A stretch of 64,000 nt of DNA from Chara braunii (GCA_003427395.1 BFEA01000020.1:2272747-2336746), one strand, 5' to 3'; counted from the first letter of the stretch, positions 40,861 to 51,935 are shown. Notes: a model not told the origin generated them from the letters alone. A program made the numbers and translations.

Positions 40861-43127
40861 TCATTCAATCTGGCGCTTTCCTTTCCGCAACAACTTCTCG
40901 TAGTGGGCGACAACCTGTGGAGCGGTCTGCATTAGTTCCTCCCGAGTGAACCATCTATCCTCCTTTGGATCAGTATGGTTCCTGAACCGAACGCGGTACT
41001 GCAGCTTCGGCTTCGAAGGACGTCCCCTGCCTGAAGGTCTTGGAACCGACATTTCCCTGTGGTCCACGATGTCATCGCTGTCGACCTCTCCATCCATGGT
41101 TGGGGCGTCGCGAGGGAAGCTGGTCAGTTTCCTTGAATGGTGCAAGCTTGGAGGCGTGAAAGACAGGGTAAGTGCGAAGGTGACCAGGGATCTGAACTAC
41201 GTATGATGGACCATCCGGATCATCTCCGACTATATCCAGAACCTCCCAGGGCCCAAAATATTGTGGCATGAGCTTGTGGGAGATCCCGTGCTCCTGTCCC
41301 AGTTATGAAGACTTAACCCAAACCCTGTCCCCTATCTGGAATGTTGATGGGCGGCGGTGCTTGTTTTCTGATTCTATCATCGCCGCCGGTGCCTTGTGCA
41401 TCTATTCGACCGCCTGCTGCATCAGTTGTTCATATCGATAAGCAAATTCTAGTGTGCTAGGTGCAGCAGTTGGCTGGTTCTCAGGCAGTAGAAAGTCTAG
41501 GGGCAGTCTAGGTTTGAAAGTCAGTAGCAAACTGTTAGGGCTCAACCCAGTGGCGCTGTGCACAACGTTGTTGTACAGGTTGGCGATGAGAGCAAGTTTC
41601 TCATACCAGTCCACCTGATTGGGCTTGATGTAGTGCCGCAACATGTATTGTGCAGCGCGGTTTAACTGCTCTGCTTGCCCGTTTGCCTTTGGATGGTTTC
41701 CAGATGTCATCTGCAGCTGCGTTCCTTGTTCTGCGGCTGCGACCTTCCACAGCTCACTCGTGAATCTAACATCCCGGTAGCTCACAATAGACTTTGGCAA
41801 GCCAAAATCTCTGACCCAGTTTTCCTTAAACAGCCTAACGACGTACTCGTTCTTCGCTGTCTCTGGCATCGCAACTAACCTAGCGTACTTACTAAACCTA
41901 TCCACGATAACGAAGATGTGTCTCATTCCACTCTTGCTGGTGACCAGCATGTCCATGGAGTCCATGGACAGGCTCTCACCGGGCCTGTCCGGAATCGGAA
42001 GGGGCTTGAGAAGCCCAAGAGGGGCCTGTGTACGTGGCTTCATGACACTCTCCTAAAAATAAACTACGCAAAGACTCTTGATTAGGCACACACAAACGTT
42101 TATTCCTGACCTTCTCAAGGAACAGCAAGCCGTTGACCAACTCAAACTCGGAAGAAGTCACTTTGTCCTTCGCCTCGAGTCTGCGAATGATCTCAGACAT
42201 AAACGGATCCTCGCGATAGGCTTCCACCAAAGAGCGAGTTACATCGTCCGCAAGCCTGAACTCAGTAATCAGCGCACCAGAGAAATCAGGCCTACGTGAT
42301 AAGGCATCAACAACTTTATTGTACTCCCCCTTCAGATACTGGGGTTCAAAGTCATATTGTTCAATGACTTTGATCCAGCGCTTCAAGGCATCAGAAAGTA
42401 CTGGCTGGGTTCTCACCCACTTCAGGGTCTGATGATCAGTCCTGACGATGAAGAACCTCCCAAGGAGGTAACGTCTCCAATGGGTCAGTGCCTTATAAAT
42501 CGCGTAGAGCTCTTTCTCATAAGTGGACTTAGCCAACTTCTAAGACGACATCGTTTTGGACATGTACTCGATTGGCCTCAACTTTGGCCCCTCCTGCTGC
42601 GCGAGCACGGCGCCAATGCCATATTGGCTGGCATCTGTGGTTACTATGAACGACTTGTCAGGATCAGGAAGTTTCAAGACCTCATGATGCGTCAACGCAG
42701 GCTTCAGTTGTCTGAAAGCAGCCTTGCACCTGTCTGTCCACTCCCATGGGGTGGCGAGTCAGGTCAGTCAAAGGGGCGGCCACTATGCTATAGTTCTTCA
42801 CAAAATTACGATAGTAGCCGGTCATCCCTAAGAAAGACCTCATCTCAATCACAGACTAAGGATGCGGCCAGTCACGAATGCTGGCCACCTTCGCGTCACC
42901 GGGCTTCAAACCCTCCGCGGAAATCTTATGACCCAAGTACAAGATCCGGGTGCGACCAAACTCCCATTTCTCCCCGTTGATCTTGAACTTGTGCTACCGA
43001 AGGAGACTGAGGACTTTGTCTAAGTGTGCAACGTGCTCCTCGACAGTCCGACTAAAAATAAGTATGTCATCGAGGTACACGATGACAAACTTGTCCAAGT
43101 AGTCATGAAAGATCCAGTTCATAGCGT
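40861..43127 (-). pseudogene. pol: Ty3/Gypsy pol fragment (RT, RNase H, integrase, chromodomain-like end), frameshifted
   Basis: [61 protein letters not shown]. Confidence 0.95.
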
Positions 43128-44059
43128 GCTCAGGGTGCCCATCGGGAAATTGCTCCCCCAACCGTACATCCTGCGTCCCCATAACGGTTTGAGCGTGCAC
43201 ACTCCCCTTGGGGTTGTTGAGACCATGGGGGGACTCAGCCCTGTAGGGGGGTGGACTCAGTAAGAGGAGTACTGCCGGGAGTGATTGGACACCCCCCCCC
43301 CCTAGCGGGAGTGACGCTCATCCCCTGCGCACCAGGTGACTATGGTGCAATTGCTGCCTCCCGGCAGGGTGCAATGGGGATGCAGGACCCTGAGTTCGGA
43401 GGGGGTTGCTCCGAGCCGCGGCGCCTAGGTAGCACTAGTCCTGGGTGATACCGGCAGAGTGGGTGTGTGGCTAAGGTTTGAGCCTTGACTTGAGTGATTC
43501 TGTGTGTGGGTGAGGCCACCATGCCGATGGGTTGGCTGAATCTGGTGCATGAAGCCTCCCGCTGGCTTCCCTGTAGGAGTTGAATCCCCGACACCTCACA
43601 ACCCTTTTTAAAAAAAAAAAAGAAAGGTGCCAGACGGGTTCTTCCATAGCAGGGGTGGGCGCCACAGGGATAAGGGTGTGACTGGGTGCGAGAACGCCTC
43701 CCGACGCAAATGTCTCTGTGGCAACCGTGGTCTGAGTTCGGGGGCGCCCTGATGTGTTGCATGCGGCTACGAAGTGTCGGCCGTAGTCGAAACCTTCCCA
43801 TCTTCCAGGGTACGTGAGGGTGTGAGCTGTCTCGGAGTGTCTTCGCTGGTCCAATGAGTGTGTGTTAGGGCGTGTGGGGAGGGGGTGGAGCATACGACAC
43901 CATCGTGGGCAGGGCTGTCAGAGTGGGTCTCGCTTGGCGAGTGTAGTACCCGCTCCGAGAGCGTAGGAAGCCTCGCTCGCTGGTATTGGATGGGGGTAGG
44001 ATAGTCGATAGTCGATGCCCCCATAGTCGACTGGAGTTGCCTGGTCGGCAATTTCAATC

Positions 44060-45208
44060 AAGAAGGGGGTGGGTCGGGCCTTCCATTAACCGCCTCTCGT
44101 GCCAAGGAGAAAAAGAGTAAGAGGAAGGGAAAAGAGTCGGTAGAAGAAGAAAGCAGCAGTGAGAGCGAGGAGGAAGAGGAGCCGCCTCGTAAATCGACAA
44201 AGGCGGAAGAATGGCAGTGCTGGCGGTGGTTCGGCAGGACAAAGTTCCCAGGATCAGGGGCCGTTCCAGCCGCAGGGATAATGAGGCCGCGATCGAGGCT
44301 GTGGGAACGGACAACGAAACCGTTGGGCGTGGCAGCAGGAGGCCACATGTAACTATTGTGCAGAAAAGCGTCATATTATGCAATTTTTTCATCTTCTATC
44401 AAAAGATGAGAAGAGGGGATAGTCTTCACCACGATACGTGGTTAAGTCTTTGATTCTGCAGGGAATCTGATCGACCCCAACATTGAAGGGCGTATGAGGA
44501 AGGAGGTGTTTTGCCGACTGGGTCGTTCCCTTCCGGCGACGTTCCGGATTGCTTCCCCGGGAGAAGCACTGTTAGCCGAGGTCGAGGAGGCCATGGCATC
44601 GTTACATATTAACGACTCACCGGTGGAGTCGGAAGGGTTTAGGGAACAAGTGGTGGAACGAGCGCAAACCATCACTACGAGGCTTGCCCGATGCCGGGAC
44701 TCCATCATCCAACTTTGCGTGGACATGGAGGAAGTCTGGTCTGGATTGCTGAATGTCTTTCTCTTTGGCGAATGGGGTGATCAAAGGGAGGATGCGCCTG
44801 GCCAAGCAGGGACGTCTACACCGAGGGAAGTATTGCAAACTAGGCCGATGGTAAGCACGATGCGACCCAGACCTGTGCTAAAGAGAAGTGCCCCGACTAT
44901 AGTCGTTCAGACTCGGATGCGGCGACAAAGCGAGCAGAAGGAAAGAGGGCCTGAAAAGGCAATGGAAGAAGAGCCTATCCCCGTTAGTGAGAACGAGGAG
45001 GATAACGAGGATGAGAGGTTGCGGGCCGAAAAGGAAGAACGGGCTCGTCGACGCGCGCTAGAAAGGGAACCTGAGAAAGGGAAGGCCGAGGTAAGCGAGG
45101 AGGAGCCGCGAAAAAAGAAGAACATTTACTCAATCCCCGTGGCGCAGGGTATTGAAATTGAGCGACTTGTTGATAAGATCCTAGAGAGTCAGCGCAACTT
45201 GGTCACGT
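44060..45208 (+). pseudogene. gag: gag C-terminal part of the host Gypsy-related element (degenerate zinc knuckle), split by E3/E4
   Basis: CNYCAEKRHIMQFF at ~44348, then ORF 44494 up to ...SQRNLVT, continuing in frame at 56534. Confidence 0.75.
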
Positions 45209-45792
45209 TGTCGGGGCAGAAACCCTGACAAGGGTATCTGCCCGTGTTTTTCAACATCGGACGCTCTCTGATCTTTTCGCTAAATTGGAGGACTTGATGA
45301 GATTGACGTTGCCAAAGTTTATTCAGACCAGCACTATGACTGAGAGACCTAAACTTTTTTTTTTCGAACCTGACGTCGTCGACGCAGAACGACATCGACG
45401 TCCGTGCGGGATAGCGGTAGTCGGCACCGTCGTCCGCGATTTTCGACGAGGCCGCAGTAGTGTGCGGTCATGAGAAAACTAAAGTTAAAAACCTAGTCTA
45501 CCTATAATAAGGTCGCGCGACTGTACAGCCGCGCGATTCAAAGCCTAAGTGGGCTAAAAAGGGGTCGCAGCGGTAAGGATGGACCGCGGCGTGAAGGAAT
45601 GGTTTAGGGCCCACAAGGCTTTTGCGCCGAGGACCGGGGGCGAAGGCGTCGGGGCCGGCTGGGTAGGGCAGTCGTTAAGGCTGTCGGCTGCCGACCTCGC
45701 CTGCCAGCCACGGCGGCAAGTAGGCTTAGCAGGCACAGCCTGCTAGGCGTCGGAGGGGGGCCTGCTGGGCACCAGAAGCCCTTCATATAGAA

Positions 45793-46059
45793 GGGCTGCT
45801 CCTTCCTTGATGTGGGAAGGAGCTAGCCCAGTAGGTACCGCCGCTAGATTGTTACCCTGCAAGCACAGGGATCGAACCTGACTAACTGCACCATCGGGCT
45901 AGCTCCTTTTGGAGCAGCCCACGACATCGGGATGGGCACGGCCGATTTTGGCCGTGCGATCTTCGAGATTGCGCGGCTGAAATCAGCCGCGCCGAGATTA
46001 GCATGGCCCCTGTGCAAGGATGAAACGCATAAATTGAGAAATGTCCAAGTTTTTTTTTT
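45793..46059 (+). ncRNA. Multi-hairpin / U6 3'-half chimeric RNA ending in a T-run
   Basis: 45995 onward reads AGATTAGCATGGCCCCTGTGCAAGGATGAAACGCATAAATTGAGAAATGTCCAAGTTTT, matching plant U6. Upstream stems GGGCTGCTCC/GGAGCAGCCC and GGAGCTAGCCC/GGGCTAGCTCC. Confidence 0.85.
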
Positions 46060-46247
46060 NNNNNNNNNNNNNNNNNNNNNNNNNNNNNNNNNNNNNNNNN
46101 NNNNNNNNNNNNNNNNNNNNNNNNNNNNNNNNNNNNNNNNNNNNNNNNNNNNNNNNNNNNNNNNNNNNNNNNNNNNNNNNNNNNNNNNNNNNNNNNNNNN
46201 NNNNNNNNNNNNNNNNNNNNNNNNNNNNNNNNNNNNNNNNNNNNNNN
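46060..46247. other. Assembly gap
   Basis: Run of N. Confidence 1.
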
Positions 46248-47350
46248 AACTTACCTACCCCGCATCTGGACACGCAAGCGCCCAGATACGGGCTCCAAAG
46301 AGATGTGCAGGGAACCGAGATTCAACTGCTTTTCCGCATCTCTGCTTAAAACACGTTCGGATTCAGGAGCTCGATCCTGTCCTTTCGCAAGGGGGACCTC
46401 GGCCAGCAAGCCGTGGCTAGGCCACGACATGATGTGACCGTTGGCATAAGCCAACGGGAGAGAAAAAAAAATAAGAAAAAAAAAGGAAAAAAAAAGGGGG
46501 GAGAACCGAAACCGGCGCGCCATCTGGCGCGTTTTGAAGTGACTAGGAGCTTAAAGCCCCCAGTGAGGTGACAGGCGCCCGTTAGAAACGGGCAGCCACG
46601 TTTAGGTAGGTTCTTTTACTTTTTCGTTTTCATTTTTCCTTTTGTTAGATTTTGCTTAGATTTTATTTTTATTTTTTTTTTTTATTTTTTTTTTTTGGTT
46701 TAGATTTTTTGTTTTCTTTCTTTTTTTTTACCTGTTCGTTTTGAACGAACGGGCAGGTGCAGCCAGCCAGACTGTTTCGTCGGGGTTCCACCGACTCATC
46801 TGGGGACTTTGCCCCAACAACCCAGCTCCGGATGGACGAATGAATCTGCCGCCTACGGGCGGCTATGTGCTGGTAGTAGAGGGGGTGGTGAGATAGGTGG
46901 ACGTGACTGCGCCAGACTGTTTGGTCGAACTTTCACCAGGAGGCTGAACCTCGACAGTCGGCCAGTCTGGCTGGTCGGCCCGAATGAACCACCTGCGAAA
47001 GTGCAGCTGGATGCGGGCGAATCGAGGTGAGTGAGAGGGAGAGAGGTAGACGTTGGCGGCCAACAGGCAGAGTGCCCTTCGTTTTTGGGCAAGCTCTGAG
47101 CCGCGCGCCTGTACTTGGTGGCCGTTTGAGCCACATAAGGGCGCGGGGCATAGGGGAAAGAACCCCTTTAGCTTGAGCCTGTGGAGTGGTTGGGGAGGCT
47201 GCTCGTTTTCCAGAACGAGTTGCCTCTGCCCAAGGAAGGAGTAATGGCCACGTACGTGGCCGCGGGGGTAGTTTAGGTGCAGGGGCAAGAAAAAGAAGAA
47301 GAAGGGAAGGATAGGAGAGGGGGAATGTTGCGAATGTAGCCGCGACACAG

Positions 47351-47625
47351 GCCCAGATGCAATACTAGAAGCATCTGGGCTTTGATGAGACTGCAGACTG
47401 TTAGAGTTCAACAGTCTGTTGCAAATGGCTGAGTATAGCCATTTGTGCATTGCGTCTGGCCGCGGGTGAAGGCAAGATGCATTGCCTGGGCTCGGGACAT
47501 GGTTCCCCTAGGGGAACATCAAGTTTTCTGGCCCTTGATCGCGATTTAGATCAAGGGTCAGGCCCTGTTCCGAGATTTGGCTGGGGGCAAAGCAGCTGCC
47601 CTCAGCCTTCGGCCAGCTATAAAAG
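47351..47625 (+). promoter_or_regulatory. Palindrome ladder followed by TATAAAAG (47618)
   Basis: About six consecutive inverted repeats, then a TATA box. Conserved in E4. Confidence 0.6.
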
Positions 47626-49414
47626 CTAGCCTGCCACCCAACAGCCTCGCACTTGTGGCAATGCTACTGGGGCATTCTACTTGAGTAGATGCTGGCTGGC
47701 TGGCTGCTGGTGTAGTAAGGCGAAGTGCTGGAGGCCTGCAGAAGCACTTGGAGGAAGGAGGAGGCTGCCATAGCTAGAGGCTGGGAGCTTCTTGCCCCCC
47801 CTTTTGTGCTATGCTGCAGGCTATGAGGAAGCCGTAGCCGTGAGGCTGCAGCTGGATTGGACCGTGCGCCAAAGGGTTCGACGGGAAGGTGATGCCCGAT
47901 GGTCGGCACGCGACAAAGGGTTTTTGAGAAGGAGGCTGCGCCGCTGTACTTTTGAAAGGAGATGCTGTCGAAAATTTTGCGACAGCACCGGGTTAAGCAG
48001 CAGCACTGGTCTTCTTGGCGGTACGGCGGAAGCGCTGCCGAAATTTTTCGGCAGCGACACTAGTCTTCTTGGCAGTACGGCGAAAGCGCTGCCGAATTTT
48101 TTTTGGCAACAACGCTGGTTTACGGCAATACGGCAGAAGCGCTGCCGAAAATTTGCAGCGATTGCATTGGGATCTTGACGATAGTGCATGGCCTGCCGGG
48201 GTTTCACAGGTGGAAGCGGCAGTGTTATTGGCATTGAATACATATACGGTGGCTGGGCATCGGTACAAGGGAGTGTTGTTAAGGTAGTGGCATGTTTTGG
48301 AGCATTGGGAACGTGACACTGCTGTAGCTTGGTGACGTTGGACGCAAGTAACGTGGCTGGCGGTTGTCACGAGGGAATGGTGTGAATCGCCCTGGGATTA
48401 ACTTGGTGTGACGATCTTCTCACTTGAGGGCGTTTTGGCATACGTCACCTGCGGGGTTTTGTCAAGGCCGTGGTTATTTTTTTTGCGGCGCGTTGAGTAA
48501 GCGGGGATTGAGTTTGGGACCACCACATATTGTGGCGGTAGTGTGGAACCATCACGGACCATTCTGGGTCCAAGTGAGTGAGGCTGGAAATAAGTGTGGT
48601 GATCAAGCGTGGTAATTGGTGGGGATTGGAATTGACGATTGCGGTGGCGCTATTCTTGGTAGGAAGCGTGCCGCTGAGATCATAGTAAGACTGTGTGGGA
48701 TTTGAGAGTGGGGCACCCTCCTCAAATGGCGAGCTTGCTTCTGTCTAGGTGAGCGGCGTCTGGGTCAGTGGTGGCACTTGAAGGAGGGTGTGGTTCGTCC
48801 TTGTGAACGGCCGCAACGGGAGTTGTGCGGCCACACTTCTCTTGAGAAAATACTTGGCTTTCTTGAGCGGGCCTTCATAAAGTTCACTCAAGGTCAGTTG
48901 TGACTCGGTTTCCTTTGCACACCCGCGTGAACCCACACCTTGCATGACCTTGCTTTGAATTCAGGGGAAAAGGTAGAGTAAGTGTGTGACATCATGCGTG
49001 TGGGAAAAGGGCTGACTTTGGTTGGGGGATGGATGAATCTTTGGATTGTTTCTTTTCTTGACTGTGCAAGTGGATTGGAGGGTGCATGGAGGAAGGAATC
49101 AGCATTGTTTGCTCGAGAGAATGATGGAGATATTCCACTCAACCTGAATGCATGTGAGAAAAAAGGGGGAAATAATAATAATAATAATGAAAGTGCGAAT
49201 TGACGGGTGCCGAAAGAACGAAATTCGTGGGAAAGGGAAATGAAGATGAGGTAGCAATTTGGTGAATCCATTAGGACTCCCGTTCTATCCCAAATGGCCA
49301 CTTTCTTTCTATGCCCGTCCAAAAGAGTCTTACTTCCGTTTTCTTTTTGATTCGTCTAAGCCAACCCTTAGCTAGGAGGCATTGAGCAGTCGTCTGCACC
49401 TGAGGGTGTAGGCT

Positions 49415-49610
49415 TCTTCACTCTAGGAGGCATCTGAGGCAGGGGTTCGTCGCCTTAGGGGCCGGCCCTGTTATCAACTCGGAGAGGACCGCTTATGTGG
49501 GGGGATACCATGCTGTTGCGGTGGAGCCAGCCCAACTCCTGAGTCCTAAACAATGTGTTCGGGCGAGGAGGAGGGGTATTCTAGACCACTTCTAGAGGGA
49601 AAGGTGTCTT
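49415..49610 (+). ncRNA. Structured motif B, copy in E3
   Basis: CTAGGAGGCATC...GGACCG...GGGCGAGGA...CTAGAGGGAAAGG, homologous to 53000-53200 (-) and 57920-58110. Confidence 0.6.
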
Positions 49611-49890
49611 GAAGCTAGGACAGTCACCTCCTCGTGCTTTCAGGAGAAGGGGGAGTTGAATCTAGTACGTTGCTGGGTGGCCGTTTTAGGAGCCACCAAC
49701 GCGTGGGAGGGCTGGCGCCACAAGAAGCCCAGCTCGTGCTTCAGCTAGTGTTAAAGGAAGTGCAAGTAGGCACTACTCTCGCGGTTGGACCGTGACACAA
49801 GAATCACGGCTCGGGAGGGGGAATGAAAATTGAACATGGAAATTGGTATATCTAAATTTATTTTGACAAAGTTACCGCTTCGTCGTTCAG

Positions 49891-50364
49891 ATGCTTGCGG
49901 AGGCGGTGATCCTCCGATTGTTCAGCACACGCGAGGCGACGACCGATTGGTTAGCGGTGCCAACACGATCCCGCGCCGGCATGATACGGAAAGGAAGGCT
50001 GGTATACAACCCACTTGAAGTTTTCTCAGAACAGGATATGCCACAATTCTGGGACGGGAGCGTGATTGAACCAGGTCAGCACATTGTAGGATATGACTTT
50101 GCACCCCCTAATCCATTACGGGATTACGGAGACATGAGCCTCGTCGTGATTCATGAAGAGTGTCCAGGGATAGAAAGCATTCCTGAGGTTAGGGGAATGT
50201 TCCTCTATATTGTACTCCATTTGAACGATCAGCAAGGCCCGTTCAGCCTCCTTCATCATGTGAGACGGGTCCGAGCGAATAGATTTAATATCGTTCGCTC
50301 GGAACGTTTTGACGTCACCGCATTTTATGACGAGGCTTTTGAAATCTACGAGCGCCTCTTCTAA
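49891..50364 (+). CDS. Hypothetical 157-aa cargo protein in E3
   Basis: ATG-initiated, uninterrupted, globular-like composition. No recognised domain. Confidence 0.5.
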   Translation: MLAEAVILRLFSTREATTDWLAVPTRSRAGMIRKGRLVYNPLEVFSEQDMPQFWDGSVIEPGQHIVGYDFAPPNPLRDYGDMSLVVIHEECPGIESIPEVRGMFLYIVLHLNDQQGPFSLLHHVRRVRANRFNIVRSERFDVTAFYDEAFEIYERLF

Positions 50365-50387
50365 TAGGTGGCTCTTTCGATGTGCAG

Positions 50388-50939
50388 ATGCCTAGCGGGC
50401 GGCGGGACGTCACTCAAGCTAGGTATCTGTTGGTCCGCGATACTATGGACGAGGAGCTGATCCGGTGCGCGGAGCGATTACTACTGGTTCGAGATGGGGC
50501 GCCCACCCGTTGGAGTGGTTTTATTGGCCTGCTCAGCGATGGGCAGGGATTTTTTCCCAACTCGCGCGCAAATGTTTGTGCCAATGTGGCCTGGCTTCCG
50601 GAAGAAGCTCATGGATATACTTTGTACTTCCATCGCGCGAGCAACCTCCAATGCCTCTCACGGGTCATTGTGAGCATCAAAATTACCCTATCCGGGGAGC
50701 GCTACGGTGTCATCCGGATTAAGGACACCACGACCACGCACCTTTTTCGGATGCGTCAACCGTTTCACGTGAGAGTTTGGAAGCTCGCCTCACGGGTGGC
50801 TTCTCTCTATGATACGCGAAAGGTTCGGGTCTTGCGAGGCGGACACGTCTCCACCTTGATTTTTGACGATGAGGAACTTACACGACTCGGCCGGATAGAG
50901 GCTGAGGCCCGTGAGGGCCGACAGGTTTATCCCGGCTAA
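50388..50939 (+). CDS. Hypothetical 183-aa cargo protein in E3
   Basis: ATG 23 nt after the previous stop, in a different frame. No recognised domain. Confidence 0.5.
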   Translation: MPSGRRDVTQARYLLVRDTMDEELIRCAERLLLVRDGAPTRWSGFIGLLSDGQGFFPNSRANVCANVAWLPEEAHGYTLYFHRASNLQCLSRVIVSIKITLSGERYGVIRIKDTTTTHLFRMRQPFHVRVWKLASRVASLYDTRKVRVLRGGHVSTLIFDDEELTRLGRIEAEAREGRQVYPG

Positions 50940-51591
50940 GCGCGCCCTTTCGAATCAGGTGCCATGGTGAGTTGTCCTTATAGTAGGGTCACATTTATGC
51001 GACTCTACAAGGGTAATAACAACAAAAAAAAACAACAATCTTGCGTAAGTAGGCAAACCAGATGGATAGTATCTAGATTACCCCGATGATAGCACTATCA
51101 TGCTTATGCATTGAGGGGTAATCGATCGCTTAAAAATAAGCCGAGCAAAGTGAAAATCGGACATCTGAAAGGGTGGTGAGCAGAACGGCGAGGGAAAAGT
51201 ATTAGGAGACGAAACACTTCCATACCAAGTAACCTGGTGTTGGAGATTGATACGTCACCATTCGTGGAACAGAAAAAATATTTATCACCTAGGAGGACAA
51301 AGCGACCACCAAAATTACATTCACTCCTCCAAGTAGTCACCCATGATAAGGAGATGTGGTAAAACCGAGAGTTCAAACATCGACCAGGAACCAGATCACT
51401 TGTTGATCTGCTTGGTACCAGTGGTATTTACTTGTAGGAGCTATTCACGACGGATCTCCCGTCTTTGGACGGCGGTATAGTTGTCTCTTCGGTTATATAG
51501 GCGGGGAAGAATAACCTTGGCAGATCATCTCATCAAGTCAAAGCGTTGTTTATGTATTGATTATATTCATTTTATGAGTAGGGGATTAAAA

Positions 51592-51935
51592 AGGGGCTAG
51601 GATTGTATTGTGGGTTTCAAGTTTGCTTGAGGCCGTCCTAGTCGACCGACGTTCGTTCGTACCGAGGAGATTAGCGCCCTCGGGAACGAACAACATTCGG
51701 GTCCACTTGGCTTTAACCAAGAGTACCTATACTCCAGCGAGCGAGCAAACGCCCTCCGCTGACCTACCTTTGCAATTGCATGTAAAAGCTTTCGCATGTG
51801 GGTCAGTAGCTCGGTAAGGATACGCCCCTGAGGGTGGTGACAACCCCTTAGGGAAGGTTAGATGTGCCCCGCGAGAACCTATCCTGTCGTAGGGGACCGT
51901 GGGATGTACAGCTGGCGCACCCGGCTAGAGCGGCA
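51592..51935 (+). ncRNA. Structured 3' motif A, copy in E3
   Basis: Same conserved blocks as the other four copies. Confidence 0.65.

Noticed and set aside
45295-45345. C/D box snoRNA (TGATGA...CTGA)
   Set aside because: Very short, the D box is CCGA in E4, and no recognisable guide. Better explained by the 5'/3' pairing motif.
45995-46059. Functional host U6 gene
   Set aside because: Lacks the 5' stem and ACAGAGA box. The E4 copy has AGC>AAC and the 63015 copy has a deletion and ACAGAGG.
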